Assembly: GCF_032191835.1 (NCBI RefSeq)
Contig: NC_083236.1
Coordinates: 46,438,001 to 46,502,000 of the forward strand
DNA: 64,000 nucleotides
Direction: 5' to 3'
Origin: Heteronotia binoei
Taxonomy: Eukaryota
This document shows, one piece after another, positions 1-12,000 of the stretch. The translations under genes were made by a program, and so were the position numbers. The notes beneath the pieces were generated by a model. It ran no database searches. It was not told where the DNA came from and worked only from the letters and a program-made list of their open reading frames with translations. Positions within the stretch are counted from its first letter, which is position 1. Every line of letters starts with the position of its first letter.

Positions 1-963
1 TGCTTGTCACACCCTTGTTCCTGGCTCCGCCCCCAGTGTCTCCTGGCTCCACTCTCAAAGTCCCCAGATATTTCTTGAATTGGACTTGGCAACCCTATGT
101 TGGGCCCGGCCATGTCAATCCAGACCATGTGTGTACCTATTTAAGATTAGGTAGTTATTATTATTATATTATTATTATTATTACCTTTAATTTATACTCC
201 ACCCTCTCTGCAAGCAGACTCAGGGCAGCTAACAATCAGTTCAAAATTTCAGACAATAAATACAATTAAATGACCAAACTTCAAACAATAAACACTATTA
301 AAACATTTTAAAACCATTTTACAGTGCTGTTAAATAACTACCTAGGCGGGACTGTCCTTTACTAACAATTAAACCTGTAGTAGTTCCATAGTAGCAGAGA
401 TATAAATTTTATAAAGGACACAGACAAACACAAAGATTAAAAAAAAAAAACTTTAAAACATGCTTGAAACATTAGCACTTGGTCTTAAAGGTGCTCTCTT
501 TGTATCTCTCCCATAGGATCCAGGGAACTGGACAAAGGAACCTCTGGCTCTTTCCTTCCTTCCCCAGGGGACCAGGAGGGGGAGGAGCCACAGCCAATTG
601 AAGGGAGAGGCTTAGCTCAGTAGCTCTGCTGTGCAATGGAGAGACCCTGGCAATAGAGGGAAGGCGGTCCCTTTAAAAGGGTGTGCGGTCCCTTTAAATG
701 TGATGACCAGAACTCCTTCTGGAGTTCAATTATGCTTGTCATAAACTTGCTCCTGGCTCCACCCCCAATTTCTTCTGGCTCCACCCCCAAAGTCCCCAGA
801 TATTTCTTGAATTGCGCAACCCTAGTTCCTATTAGCCAGTGTGTTGTTCCTCCAGAACTAAACTTATCTCCAGACGACAGAAATCAGTTTCCTAGGGAAA
901 ATGGATGCTTCAAAAGGTGGGTTCTAGGGCACTGTACCCCTCAGAGGTTCTTGTTCACTCCAG

Positions 964-1014
964 GACTTGAAGGACGTGGCTGCCAAACACCGGAAGTTAA
1001 AATAATCCTGCTGG
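964..1014 (+). pseudogene. Orphan, frameshifted exon 2 of a C-factor-like SDR paralogue
   Basis: ttcactccag|GACTTGAAGGACGTGGCTGCCAAACACCGGAAGTTAAAATAATCCTGCTGG|gtattt is nearly identical to exon 2 at 4801-4852 but is 51 nt, not 52. The 1-nt deletion splits DLKDVAAKH and PEVKIILL into different frames and brings in a TAA. The downstream intron is also homologous. No exon 3 lies between it and the next gene's ATG. Confidence 0.8.
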
Positions 1015-1423
1015 GTATTTGCTTATCTCCCCCAGTACCGATTCTGCAATGACTGAACCGTTCTACTTTGCCTCCACCCCCAAATCTCTAGGAGTTTCCC
1101 AGGCTGGATCTGCCAACCCTGCCCCCTCATTCTCTGCTGGTGGCCAGGGGGGACCTAGCACTCCTAGCCATAGAACTGGGCCAGCCACTGGGTCACCTTT
1201 GGGTGCTGGGTCTTTTACCAGATCATCAGCTGAACTGCAACCTCTATGGACTTGCGGAGATGGAGCAGGAGGACAAAAGAAGAGGTGGAGCTCAGGACCT
1301 GCCTTTCCCTCAAAGACAACCAGATGCCATCGAGGACTTGGGACCTTCCAGATGCTGCCTTATCTTTTTCTCTAGGGGACTCTTATCAGGAAGGGAACTG
1401 TAGCTGGGGTGACCTGAGGTCAG

Positions 1424-1765
1424 GGGTGGCCAGACTGGCTCGGGAGCCACATGTGGCTCTTTCACACATACTGTGTGGCTCTCTCACACATACTGTGTGG
1501 CTCTCGAAGCCCCCACTGCCCTGTTGACTGGCTTGGAGAAGGCATTTCTCTCCTTAAATCACTTTTTTGAGTCAAGCCAGCTGGCAGCTTGGAGAATGCA
1601 TTTAAAGTTAAAGTTGCTTTCTTCCCACCTCCATTTCACCTCCCCCATCTATTTGCCTGCCTTCCTTCCAGCTCTCAAACATCTGACGTTCATGTCTTGT
1701 GGCTCTCAAACATCTGACGTTTATTATATGTGGCTCTCACGTTAAGCAAGCTTGGCCACCTCTGC
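1424..1765. mobile_element. hAT-Charlie-like MITE (CAGGGGTGGCCA ends)
   Basis: Family copies also at 6660-6950, 36725-37010 and 53567-53815. Confidence 0.65.
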
Positions 1766-2948
1766 CCTAGGTGAATCCTGACCCATAGCCCTCAAAAGGA
1801 AGTGAATTAGGTCAAACAAACGTCTGCTCAAAGTGTGCTGAGATAAAAAGAACATTATCTTTCCTATCCACCAGATGGCTGCCATGGAAAACAACAGCTC
1901 TTGAGAAATGAATGGGGGTAGCCAGAAAATTTTAATTGGGGGAGGGGGGAATGATCACTGTGGTGATCAGCTCATCTATTTACTTTATTATTTTTTATAC
2001 TTTGTTCATTTACCAATTTTCTACTTGAAACTCAAAGTGGATTACATGGAATGGAACATTGTAATTAAACAGTATGAGAGATCTAATAATGCAATAGGAC
2101 TAGACATACAAAAATTACAAAAAATGCAAAAAAGTAATAAACATATTATGTCAAGCAATGCAGAAAATGGAATTACAGACAATGAAAGCAATGCTGTAAG
2201 AGCATGATAGAACACACAATAAACCAATCATATATAGCGTACACTGTGACATAGATTACAGTCCTGTTCTGTATAAGCTTTATAAAAATGCCTTCCCAAG
2301 CAGCTGTTTTACATAATTTACAGAATTCAAGATATATGAGAGCCTTCTTCCGGTTATTGAAACCTGAAACTGCCAATTTGGCCTTCTTTTCTGTGTCAAT
2401 CATTAACTTAAGGCTTCTAGCAGTGCTTCCCAACAGCACTGCAGGCTTTTAAAATCAGGACTCTTCAGCCCTGCTAACTGCTAATTGCCTAGAAGATTCA
2501 CTCTTGAAGATTTATGATAGGATTCACACTTTTCCCTTCAACTCCTTTTTTACAAAGAAAGCTTACCCTTGAAAGGTGTGTAACAGATTTCACACCAACC
2601 TGTGATGGGGATTGGAGGGGAATGTCAATTGGTTAGTGGGGCACCGCCCCCTTTGCTATGGGTGAGTTCCGATATGAGTTTGCTATGGGTGAGTTGCTGT
2701 GATTATGGGTGAGTTCCCAAGCATTTGCAAGGTAGTGCTTGTAGGAAAGCAACAAGAATCTCCAAGACCTTTGCCTTTGTGTTTTGTCCTGGGGAGCTGT
2801 GAGGCACTGGAATACAGCAAAGGGCAGAATCTGAACTGATGCAAGGGTTCCGTTTCTGCAAACTTGCGTGGAGGAGCTGTTGTCTACAGTTAGTTGGGCT
2901 GAGGCTGGTCTAGGACTTTGCTAGTTGGACAAAAGCAGACAAGAAGCC

Positions 2949-3095
2949 ATGGATAAACTGAAAGCACGCAGCGTCCTGGTGACAGGATCCAACCGAGGTA
3001 TTGGCTTAGAGCTTGTCAGGCAGCTGTCGGAGAAAAGGAATCATCCAGAATGGATCTTTGCCATGTGCCGTGACCCAGAGGGACCCTGTGCCCAG
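2949..3095 (+). CDS. SDR gene 1 exon 1 (MDKLKARSVLVTGSNRGIG...EGPCAQ)
   Basis: ATG at 2949, 49 codons, donor CAG|gtgagt. Confidence 0.93.
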
Positions 3096-6000
3096 GTGAG
3101 TCGTGAAGGAGGATCAGGTGTACCTGAGAATGGGAGCTGAAGTAAGGGGATTCCTCTTGATGCCAAAGATATTGTGTCCAGGAGGGTGGAGGTTTGAAGA
3201 TCTCTGTGAAGGGTCTTGAAGTTTCCTAGTTGCAGGGCAAGTTTGGTTCCATGGGAGATGTTCACAGGGACCCATAAACATAAAAATAGTTGCTCCGTTT
3301 CTTTGCAGAATCTGGAAGTGGACTGAAGATTCCCCATCCCCACCCCAAATTCATCCCATAACCTCTTTGAAAGAGGCCTGTTACATGTATGAGAACTTAG
3401 GGGAGTAACCCAAATGAAATATTCTGGAATGCGTTGATATTAAAACAGGGGGGCAGTTACTAAGCAGTGCATCCCAAGGAATTCAGGGATGTTTACTCTT
3501 AATTGGTTACTCCTTAAAAAGCAGGGGAGACCAAGATCAAAAGGTAGGAAATAGGCATGAACTGTCTGCGAGAGCATGACCTAAAGTACAAAGTGCCCGT
3601 TTTTATGTGTGTCTCCAAGTGGGTAGGTTTGGTGGTGGGTACTTGGCTTTTCCTAATTTCCTCCTCAGACTTCCCCCCCCCCCCCATGTTAAATACACAC
3701 TGAATAGCACCCACCATTCCCCTGGGACTTCCTATTCAAGTAGGGCTGTTCTGAAGACAAGCTATGTCCTGTAGCCTTCTTGCTGCCTCAGATGCAGCAG
3801 CCTTTGGTGATAAAACTAAGTTGAATTTAACCTCTTCCTGCCTTCCATTCCTAGTTCATAACAAAGAATCCAGCACTCACTAGGGCTGGGGTGTCAAACA
3901 TGCAGCCTAGGGGCTGAATCAGGCCTCTGGAGGGCTCCTATCAGGCCCCTTAGCAACTGGCTGTCACCTGCTTCCTGCTCCCTCTCTCTTGCTTCCTTCT
4001 GCATAACAACTTGCTTTGCAAGGCTTACTCAATCACACAGGAGCTACAGAGCAAAACCTCTGAGAGCCAGTGATTAAGTGTGTGGACTCTTATCTGGGAG
4101 AACCGGGTTTGATTCCCCACTCTTCCACCTGCACCTGCTGGAATGGCCTTGGGTTAGCCATAACTCTGGCAGAGGTTGTCCTTGAAAGAGCAGCTGATGT
4201 GAGAGCCCTCTCAGCTCACCCACCTCACAGGGTGTCTTTTGTGGGGGAGAAGGTATGAGAGATTGTAAGCCACTCTGAGCCTCTGATTCAGAGAGAAGGA
4301 CGGGGTATAAATCTGCAATTCTTCTCTATTTTCTCCATTGGCTGAGGCTCCTCCCTTGGGAAGGAAGTAGGGGAAGGAATAGCCTGCTTTGCCAGGCTCT
4401 CTTAATTGCACAGCTCAGCTACTGAGCCAAGACACTCTTCCCTCCACTAGCTGAGGCTGCTCCCACTCCTGGGGAAGGAAGGAAAAAGCCAGAGCTTCCT
4501 TTGCCTATTTCCCTGGATCCCATGGGAGAAATACAAAGTAAGCACCTTTAAGACTGAGCACTAATGTTTTAAGGATGTTTTAAGGTTTTTAGAAAAATCT
4601 TTGTGTTTTTCTTTGTTCTTTATAAAGTTTATATCTCTGCTACATAATCATAAATAGGTACACACATGGCTTGTCCCAACCCGACATGGCCTGGCCCGAC
4701 AAGGTCTCATTTATGTCTGATTTGGCCCTCATAACAAATGAGTTCAGCACAACACCCCTGCACTAGAGCATCACTAGTTTCTGCCTTTGATCTCTTTCAG
4801 GACTTGAAGGATGTGGCTGCCAAACACCCAGAAGTTAAAATCATCCTGCTGGGTATGTGCTTCTCTCCCCCAGCACAGATTCTGCAATGACTGGAGCAGA
4901 AGACTCTGGACCATTCTACTTTGGCTGCTTTCACATTTTAGTGTACTTCAGCCATTCAGCAGTCTGCTGCAAGCAGAATTTGTGGTTCTCTAGATCACTC
5001 AGTATAGTCATTTGTAGGTATCCTGTTTGCACATAGTATCCTGTTTTCACATGGGATTCTTATCTCACTACAGATCCTGTCTGCCCCTAAGCATTTTTCC
5101 ACTGCTCCATTCAAGCTGATTACATTTTGCATTGTACCTCTTCATTGTTTACAATAGCTCTCAAACCTTCTGACCGGGATATATAAGGACCCAGGGATCT
5201 CCATTCCTATTTGTATCTGATGAAGGGAGCTTTGACTACACCAGTTTGGTGTAGTGATTAAGTGTTCTTATCTGGAAGAACTGGGTTTGATTCCCCACTC
5301 CTCCACTTGCAGCTGCTGGAATGGCCTTGGTCAGCCATAGCTCTTGTAGGAGTTGTATGAATAATAATAGTTGTATTATTAATACAATTATTGTTGTATT
5401 ACAACTAATATTAGTTGTATTATTGTATTATTAATAGTTGCATTATTCACTGCATGAATAATATTTTTACACATTTTTAATAACTATTCTGCTATGGAAA
5501 ATTTGCAGCATAAAATGACTTTGTCACAGTAGTCATATTTACTAATTTATAAGAAAATCAAGAGAAAAGAAATCCAATAGTTATTACCAATAACTGGCAA
5601 GGAGCTCCAAGATTCACAGAAATCCTAAGGAAGTAATATGTGAGATCCAGGTTTGCTTATAAGGAGATTTTTAATAAAGCATCAAACTTACAGAGAATGC
5701 AGGCTAAGCTTCTATCAACCTGGCCTTGAGTGCCCCCCCCCCCAGCAAAAGTTACCAGAATCCAAGCCCCCATGCTACAGTTGCCAGCCTCCGGAGGGTG
5801 GGGAGACCTGGCAGCAAAGATTTAGAGCATGCGTTGATCCATGTCAGTAACATAATTACTGTGGCTCTGAAAAACACTGAGAAAAGAGGCTGATGAAGTG
5901 TGAGACGGGCGAAACCATGAGTGCTCCTTTCTATACGGTCCCTCCTTTTTCTCTCTATTGCAACATCACAGCGGAACGTTTAAGGACTCCACCCTAAAAC

Positions 6001-9000
6001 ACTTACTTATGGACTTGGTTAAGGCTGGTTCCTATGTAGAAACGTTTAAGTGTATAAATTGGGGGAGTACAAATACCTTATTGTTCCTTTGTTCTTCATT
6101 TTGTCTTATATTTGCACTAAATCAATAGCATGTACACACAATGAGAGTGTGAATATTTATTGTTGACCGGTGATTTGATTATTTTCCCCTGGAGAAAATG
6201 GCTGCTTTGAAGGGTGGGCTCTATGGCATTGTGCCCTGCTGGGGCTCCTCCCCTCCCCAAATCTCATCCTCTCCCAGCTTCACCCCCAAAGTCTTATTAA
6301 AAGTCATTACTAAACTAGGCATATTACATCTTTGGCTACCAGTCAAATAGTCATTAATTATGCTATCCTAAACATTTGGATGAGCCAGGTCATTTCTCAC
6401 CTCAGGTTTCAAATATAAGCTCTGCTAACAATTATGAGAGAGAAAAGTTCCCTTGGGAGTGACTGAACACCATTCTCTCACAAGACTCAGGAAAGCTAAG
6501 CACCAGCATGTAACAAAGATGGAGTCATGCAGGCTGTACACCATCTTGCAACAACTCAGAATTATAAATACAAACAGACATGACAAAGGGAATACCTTTG
6601 AAAATGGTAAGAGCAGTCTAACTTGAAAGATGAATTGAAGAAGGTCTTTTGCTCTAGGCCAGGGGTGACTAAACTGTGCCTCTTTCACAATATTATGTGG
6701 CTCTCAAAGCCCCACCGCCCCATTGGCTGGCTTGAAGAAGACATTTCTCTCTTTAAATCACTTCTCTAAGCCAAGCCAGTAGCTTGGAGAACACATTTAA
6801 AGTTAAAGTTGCTTTCTTTCCACCTCTCCCATCTATTTCCCTCCCTCTTTCCCTTCCTTCCTGCTCTCAGGGATCTGACATGTTGGCTCTCAAACATCTG
6901 ATGTTTATTCTACACGGCTGTTACTTTAAGCAAGTCTGGCCACCTCTGCTGTAGGCTCTAGCCTGGTCAATTGTAAATAAGCGAATAACATGTACAGCTG
7001 CCAGGTCCAATTCAAGAAATATCTGGGGATTTTGAGGGTGGAGCCAGGAGACATGGGGGGTGGAGCCAGGAGCAAGGATGTTGAACTTCAAAGAGAGTTC
7101 TGGCCATCATATTTAAAGGGACAGCACACCTTTTAAACGCCTTCCCTCGGTTGGAAGTAATGAAGGATAGGGACACCTTCTTTTGGGGCTCATAGAATTC
7201 GACTCCTGGCCCAATCTTTTTGAAGCTTGTAGGGTGTTTTGTGGAAAGGCATCGGATGCTGTGCTGCAAATTCGGTGCCTCTATCTCAAAACACAGCCCC
7301 CCCCAGAGCCCTAGATACCCATGGATCAATTCTCCATTATACCCTATGGGAATTGGTCTCTATAGGGAATTATGGAGTGCCCAGCAAATATTCCCCCCTC
7401 TGCTTTCTGAAGCGGGAGGACAGCCTCTAAACCAGGGGAACCCCTGCCCCTAACTGAGGATAGGTAACCCTAATAACATGGTTGAAGGGTCGCACCTCCA
7501 TCGCACCCTGTTGCCTCTTAGCATTTCCCCGAGGGCACTACCACCCAGTTTGGGAATAACATTTTTAAAGCCAACAAATGTTGGAAGCATTCCAGCAGCA
7601 AGAGTGTTTGCTAGTGTGCATTTACTTCATAGGAAGCCACAGCCACAGTTGCATTTCTGAGCAGGTGTGATGTTTATCTGTATATGTAAAACATTTTAAG
7701 AGCAAATAAGCAATGGCAAAGTGTGAAGTGATCCTTAGCTGTCTGTCCTTCAAGATGTAGAGAGGCTAAAGGGAAGAGAATCGCAGGGCTAACTTCTGGC
7801 ACGGTTGGCTCATCTTTTAATTACCTTAAAATGTTTCCATTTTCTGCTGCAGAAGTTACCGATTCTTCCAGCATCCAAGCTGCTGTGGCCAAAGTCACAG
7901 AGCACCTGCAAGGAGCCGGGCTGAATCTGCTCATCAACAATGCTGGGATTATAAGGCTCAGCACTCTGGAATCGGAGACAGGCAAGAACATGTCCGAAGT
8001 GTACAAAACCAACGTGATAGGGCCCATGATGGTAAGCCAGGTAAGGCCATCTGAGGTAAGGCCTTCTTCAAAGAAAATGTCATCTTTCCCAGCTTGGACC
8101 ATTTGGAGGCTTGGTGCCAGTGCTGCCAATGCCGAATTAAACCCTGCGGAAGCCGTTAGGCAGTCAAAATCTCAGGAGCCCCCTCGCATATTATTTGGAG
8201 TGTCCCCACTATCACCTGTGGCCCCCACTGCAGCCTGCAGGCACCTTTTCAAAAGCCCCTTTGACAAAGCCATGGGGAAGAGGCAGACTTGGCGACAACA
8301 CCAGCAGCACCTGCACAAGGCAAGCTGGGCAAAGAGTGGCTAAGTTGCTGGCTGCGTGTGCAGGCTGGGAGGGATGCAAGCAGGGGGGAAACAGGGAAAG
8401 CCGGCCCGGGGCCCCTAAAGGCGTGGGGGTCCATAGGCCAGTGCCTACTTGGCCTAATAGTTAATCCAGCCCTGAGCACTGCCTGGTGATGGGAGTTACA
8501 GGTTGCATTGCTGTCAAAAAGGAGGGACTGCAGCTCAGTGGCAGAGGATCTGCTTTGCATGCAGAGGGTCTCAGGTTCAATCCCTGGCAACAACCGTTGA
8601 AAGGTTCAGGTTGTAGGTAGAGGTGGTGGTGAAAAGTACCATCAAGCCACAGCCAACTTACGGTGACCCTGTAAGATTTTCATGGCAAAATGCAAACAGA
8701 GGTGGTTTGCCATTGACTGCATAGCAACCCTGGACTTCCTTGGTGGTCTCCAATCCAGGGCCTTTTTGGTAGAGAAGGCCCAGCAGGAACTCATTTGGAT
8801 GTTCTGCCACACTCCTTGATGTCGCCACTGTTTCACAGAGATTTTCTGTAGAAAAAGCCCAGCAGCAACTAATTTGCATATTAGGCCATGCCCCCTGATG
8901 CCAAGCCAGCCGGAACTGCGTTCCTGCTATTAAAAAACAAACAAACCCCTGCTCCCATCCAAGTACTAACCAGGACCGACCCTACTTAGCTTCCAAGATC

Positions 9001-12000
9001 TAATGGGATAGGGCTAGCCTGGACCATAGGTATCAGGAAAGGTCTCTACCTGAGACCCTGGAGAGCTGCAGCGCATCTTGGGCAGCTGCTCCGGGTCCTG
9101 GCTGGGAAGGCCCTAACCATCCACAGTCCTGTCCCTCTGACAGAATAAAGAACAAGAAGGCTCCTGCCACAACCTGTCCCCATCCCCTCTGGCACTCAGG
9201 CAGCAGACAGCTCAGCAATCCCCATGTACATTCCCCCCCCACACACACACACATCTTTCACCGGATATGGGCCACCACTTGCTTGAGCCAGGAGTGGCCC
9301 CAGTGCAGGGGGGTACAATTGAGCAAATGGAAATTAATATTTTTAAAAAATTATGTGATTATCCATGACAATGAGTAAGTGTCCAGTCTACCCTATGGAC
9401 CGTGTCTCTGTGCTTGATTGATGTCTTGAGTTGCCAGTTCTGTGTTGGAAAATACCTGGAAATTCAGGGGTGGAGCCTTGAGAGGGAGGGATTTGAGAAG
9501 GGTGTAAGCCAAAATGCCCTCAAAACGAGGTTGGGGAATTGACAGGTGGGCACCTGGCTTAAAAAGGATCTTTTAATCTATATATACAGGATACACGTCC
9601 AGAAATTATTGCTTAAAATTACCAGGGACACTAATTAAGTAAAAACAATTAAAATTTATTCCAGAAAAATATAGACACACATACAAGATAATAAACTCAT
9701 AAAGCATACATACAGTCCTAAGGAAAATAGAGAGAGATTCAGAGACAACACAAGGATGGACAAACAGGGTGATAATTACCGATCGTAGTCTTCAAGGAAG
9801 GCTCCAATGGCGACGAACGAGGACTAGGGGGAGGGGACCCTCAACTGGCCAAGAATCAGGGATGTATCTAGACAGCGGAACTGGGGTACTGCTAGATGCT
9901 CACCTGTGAGATGCACACCTGGGTCACAGGTTATAAAGACTACCTTAAGCCCTTAGGGGATGGGAGGTACAGGGGCGGATGACAGTGGTCAGCTGGTACA
10001 TGACCTCAGAAAAAGGGAAGTCCCTGCAATGACTATAAGGGCTGGACTTACACAGTAGCCAATAGCCAGTTGGCATTCCCTGATTGGATGCTCATAGCTA
10101 GCCAATGAGCAGGCTTGGCCTTAGTTACCTGATTGGACTTCCAGGTAACAATGGGTCAAGGAGGAGGCTCCAGGATAACCATGAAGGGAAAGAATGGAGA
10201 AAATTGTTAAGGTGGGAGGGGGACTTAATTCTATCACACTTATCTAAAAAGACAATAGATGGCCAAATTGCTACCTAGGCAACACCCGGTCTATACAATG
10301 AAACCTGGCTCTGGGTGAAGATGTTCTTCCTGCTCTTCGATCTTCCATTGGCACCAGTCTTTGTCTTGAGTTCCGTTGGACAAAGGCTTAGGTGGTCTGG
10401 CAGGATCCACTCCTTAGATAAGCTTGATGGCTTTATGCATGGGTGACATCTGTTGAGTACGTGAGCCTCTCGCTTCGCTGTTATGAAGTCTGGCACTGCA
10501 GAAAGATGACTGCTGGTGGTGTTAGCCTTCCAAGATGGATTCTCTGGTCAAGGCTGAAAACCGCTTGCCTGGACAGTTTCTGGCGGCACAGCTTCTTCCG
10601 CTCCACGGCCGAGATGGGTATCGCAAGGAGCGACTGGAAACCATCCGTTCTCCTGGTTAGCACTCCTCCAGAGGCACAGAGTGCTGCTGCAACGTTGTGG
10701 CTGTTAGTACTCATAAGTCCCTTCCAGTTTGGTAGACAAAACCCACGTTCTCCTGGCAGATGTGTGTGAGTTGAGCCTCCAGGCACCCTGGCAACCAGAC
10801 AGGTGACTACAATGTTCTGGAAATAGGGGCATTTTTCTCACAAGGGGAAGGACCTCAGCAGGGCCTAATGCCATAGAGTCTGCCCTTCTGAGCAGCCATT
10901 TTCTCCAGGGGAACTGATCTCTGCTAGGTCAATTTTAGGAGCAGGAGATCTTCTGGTCTCTTGGAGGCTGGCAACCCTAAATGTTGTCTCTTTCTCCAGG
11001 CGTTCCTGCCCTTGCTGAGGAAGGCATCTCAGGAAAGTCCCCAGCAAGGGATGAGTTGTAGCAAAGCTGCCATTATCAACATGACCAGCGCATCTGGCTC
11101 CATCACAGATCTCCCTCAATGGCATTTGGGGCAGATCATTAACTATCGTTGCAGTAAGGTATGCTATGGCATTTGGGGTTGGGCTAGAAGACCCTGGAGG
11201 TCCCTTCCAATTCTACGACTCTGTGATTCTCTATAGATTCTCTATTTGTGACGCAAGGGCAACAATCACAAAGTGACTTAAGCCAGTTACTCTCTCACAG
11301 TCTGCCTCACAGGGACATTGTGAGGATACAACGAAAATAGGGGGAATAAAGTATGCTCCCCTGAGCAACTTGGTGGAAGTGAAGACTTACATAGATGTCC
11401 CTTTGATATGCTGATTTACCATGGATCTGGCTGTATCGGTCATTTCTCTCTTTCTGGCATGTTTTCTTTTGAAGCAGTTTGGTGTAATGGTTAAGAGCAT
11501 GGACTCTAATCTGGGAGAACCGGGTTTGATTCCACACTCCTTCACATGTAGCTGCTGGGTGACCTTGGGCAAGCCAGTCAGCGAGCCTGCAGCAAACGTG
11601 GACTATTGCACCCTTCTTAAATCTTCGTTCGCGAAGCCAAGCCGAGAGAGAGAGAGTTCTTGAAGAGCTCTCTCAGCCACACCTACCTCACAGGGTGTCT
11701 GTTGTGGGGTGCGGAAGGAAAGGGGATTGTAAGCTGCTCTAAGACTCCAAGCGAATGGGGGGGTATAAATCCAGTCTCCTCCACCACCTCCTTCTCCTCT
11801 TTTATAGACAGCATTAAATATGCTTACCCGGTGCCAGTCCCTTAGATATGCTGAAGATGAGATCCTATGCATTGCATTGACCCCTGGATGGGTGAAGACA
11901 GACATGGGAGGCATGCAGGTAGGTGATTCCTTGTGAAAACTCATCCCCGGGCTGAGACTGTGTGGTGTAATGGTTAGTGTTGGACTAGGAACTGGGAGAG

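Noticed and set aside
5357-5450. AT-rich palindromic stretch (tacaactaatattagttgta)
   Set aside because: Low-complexity AT sequence where short palindromes are expected by chance or slippage.
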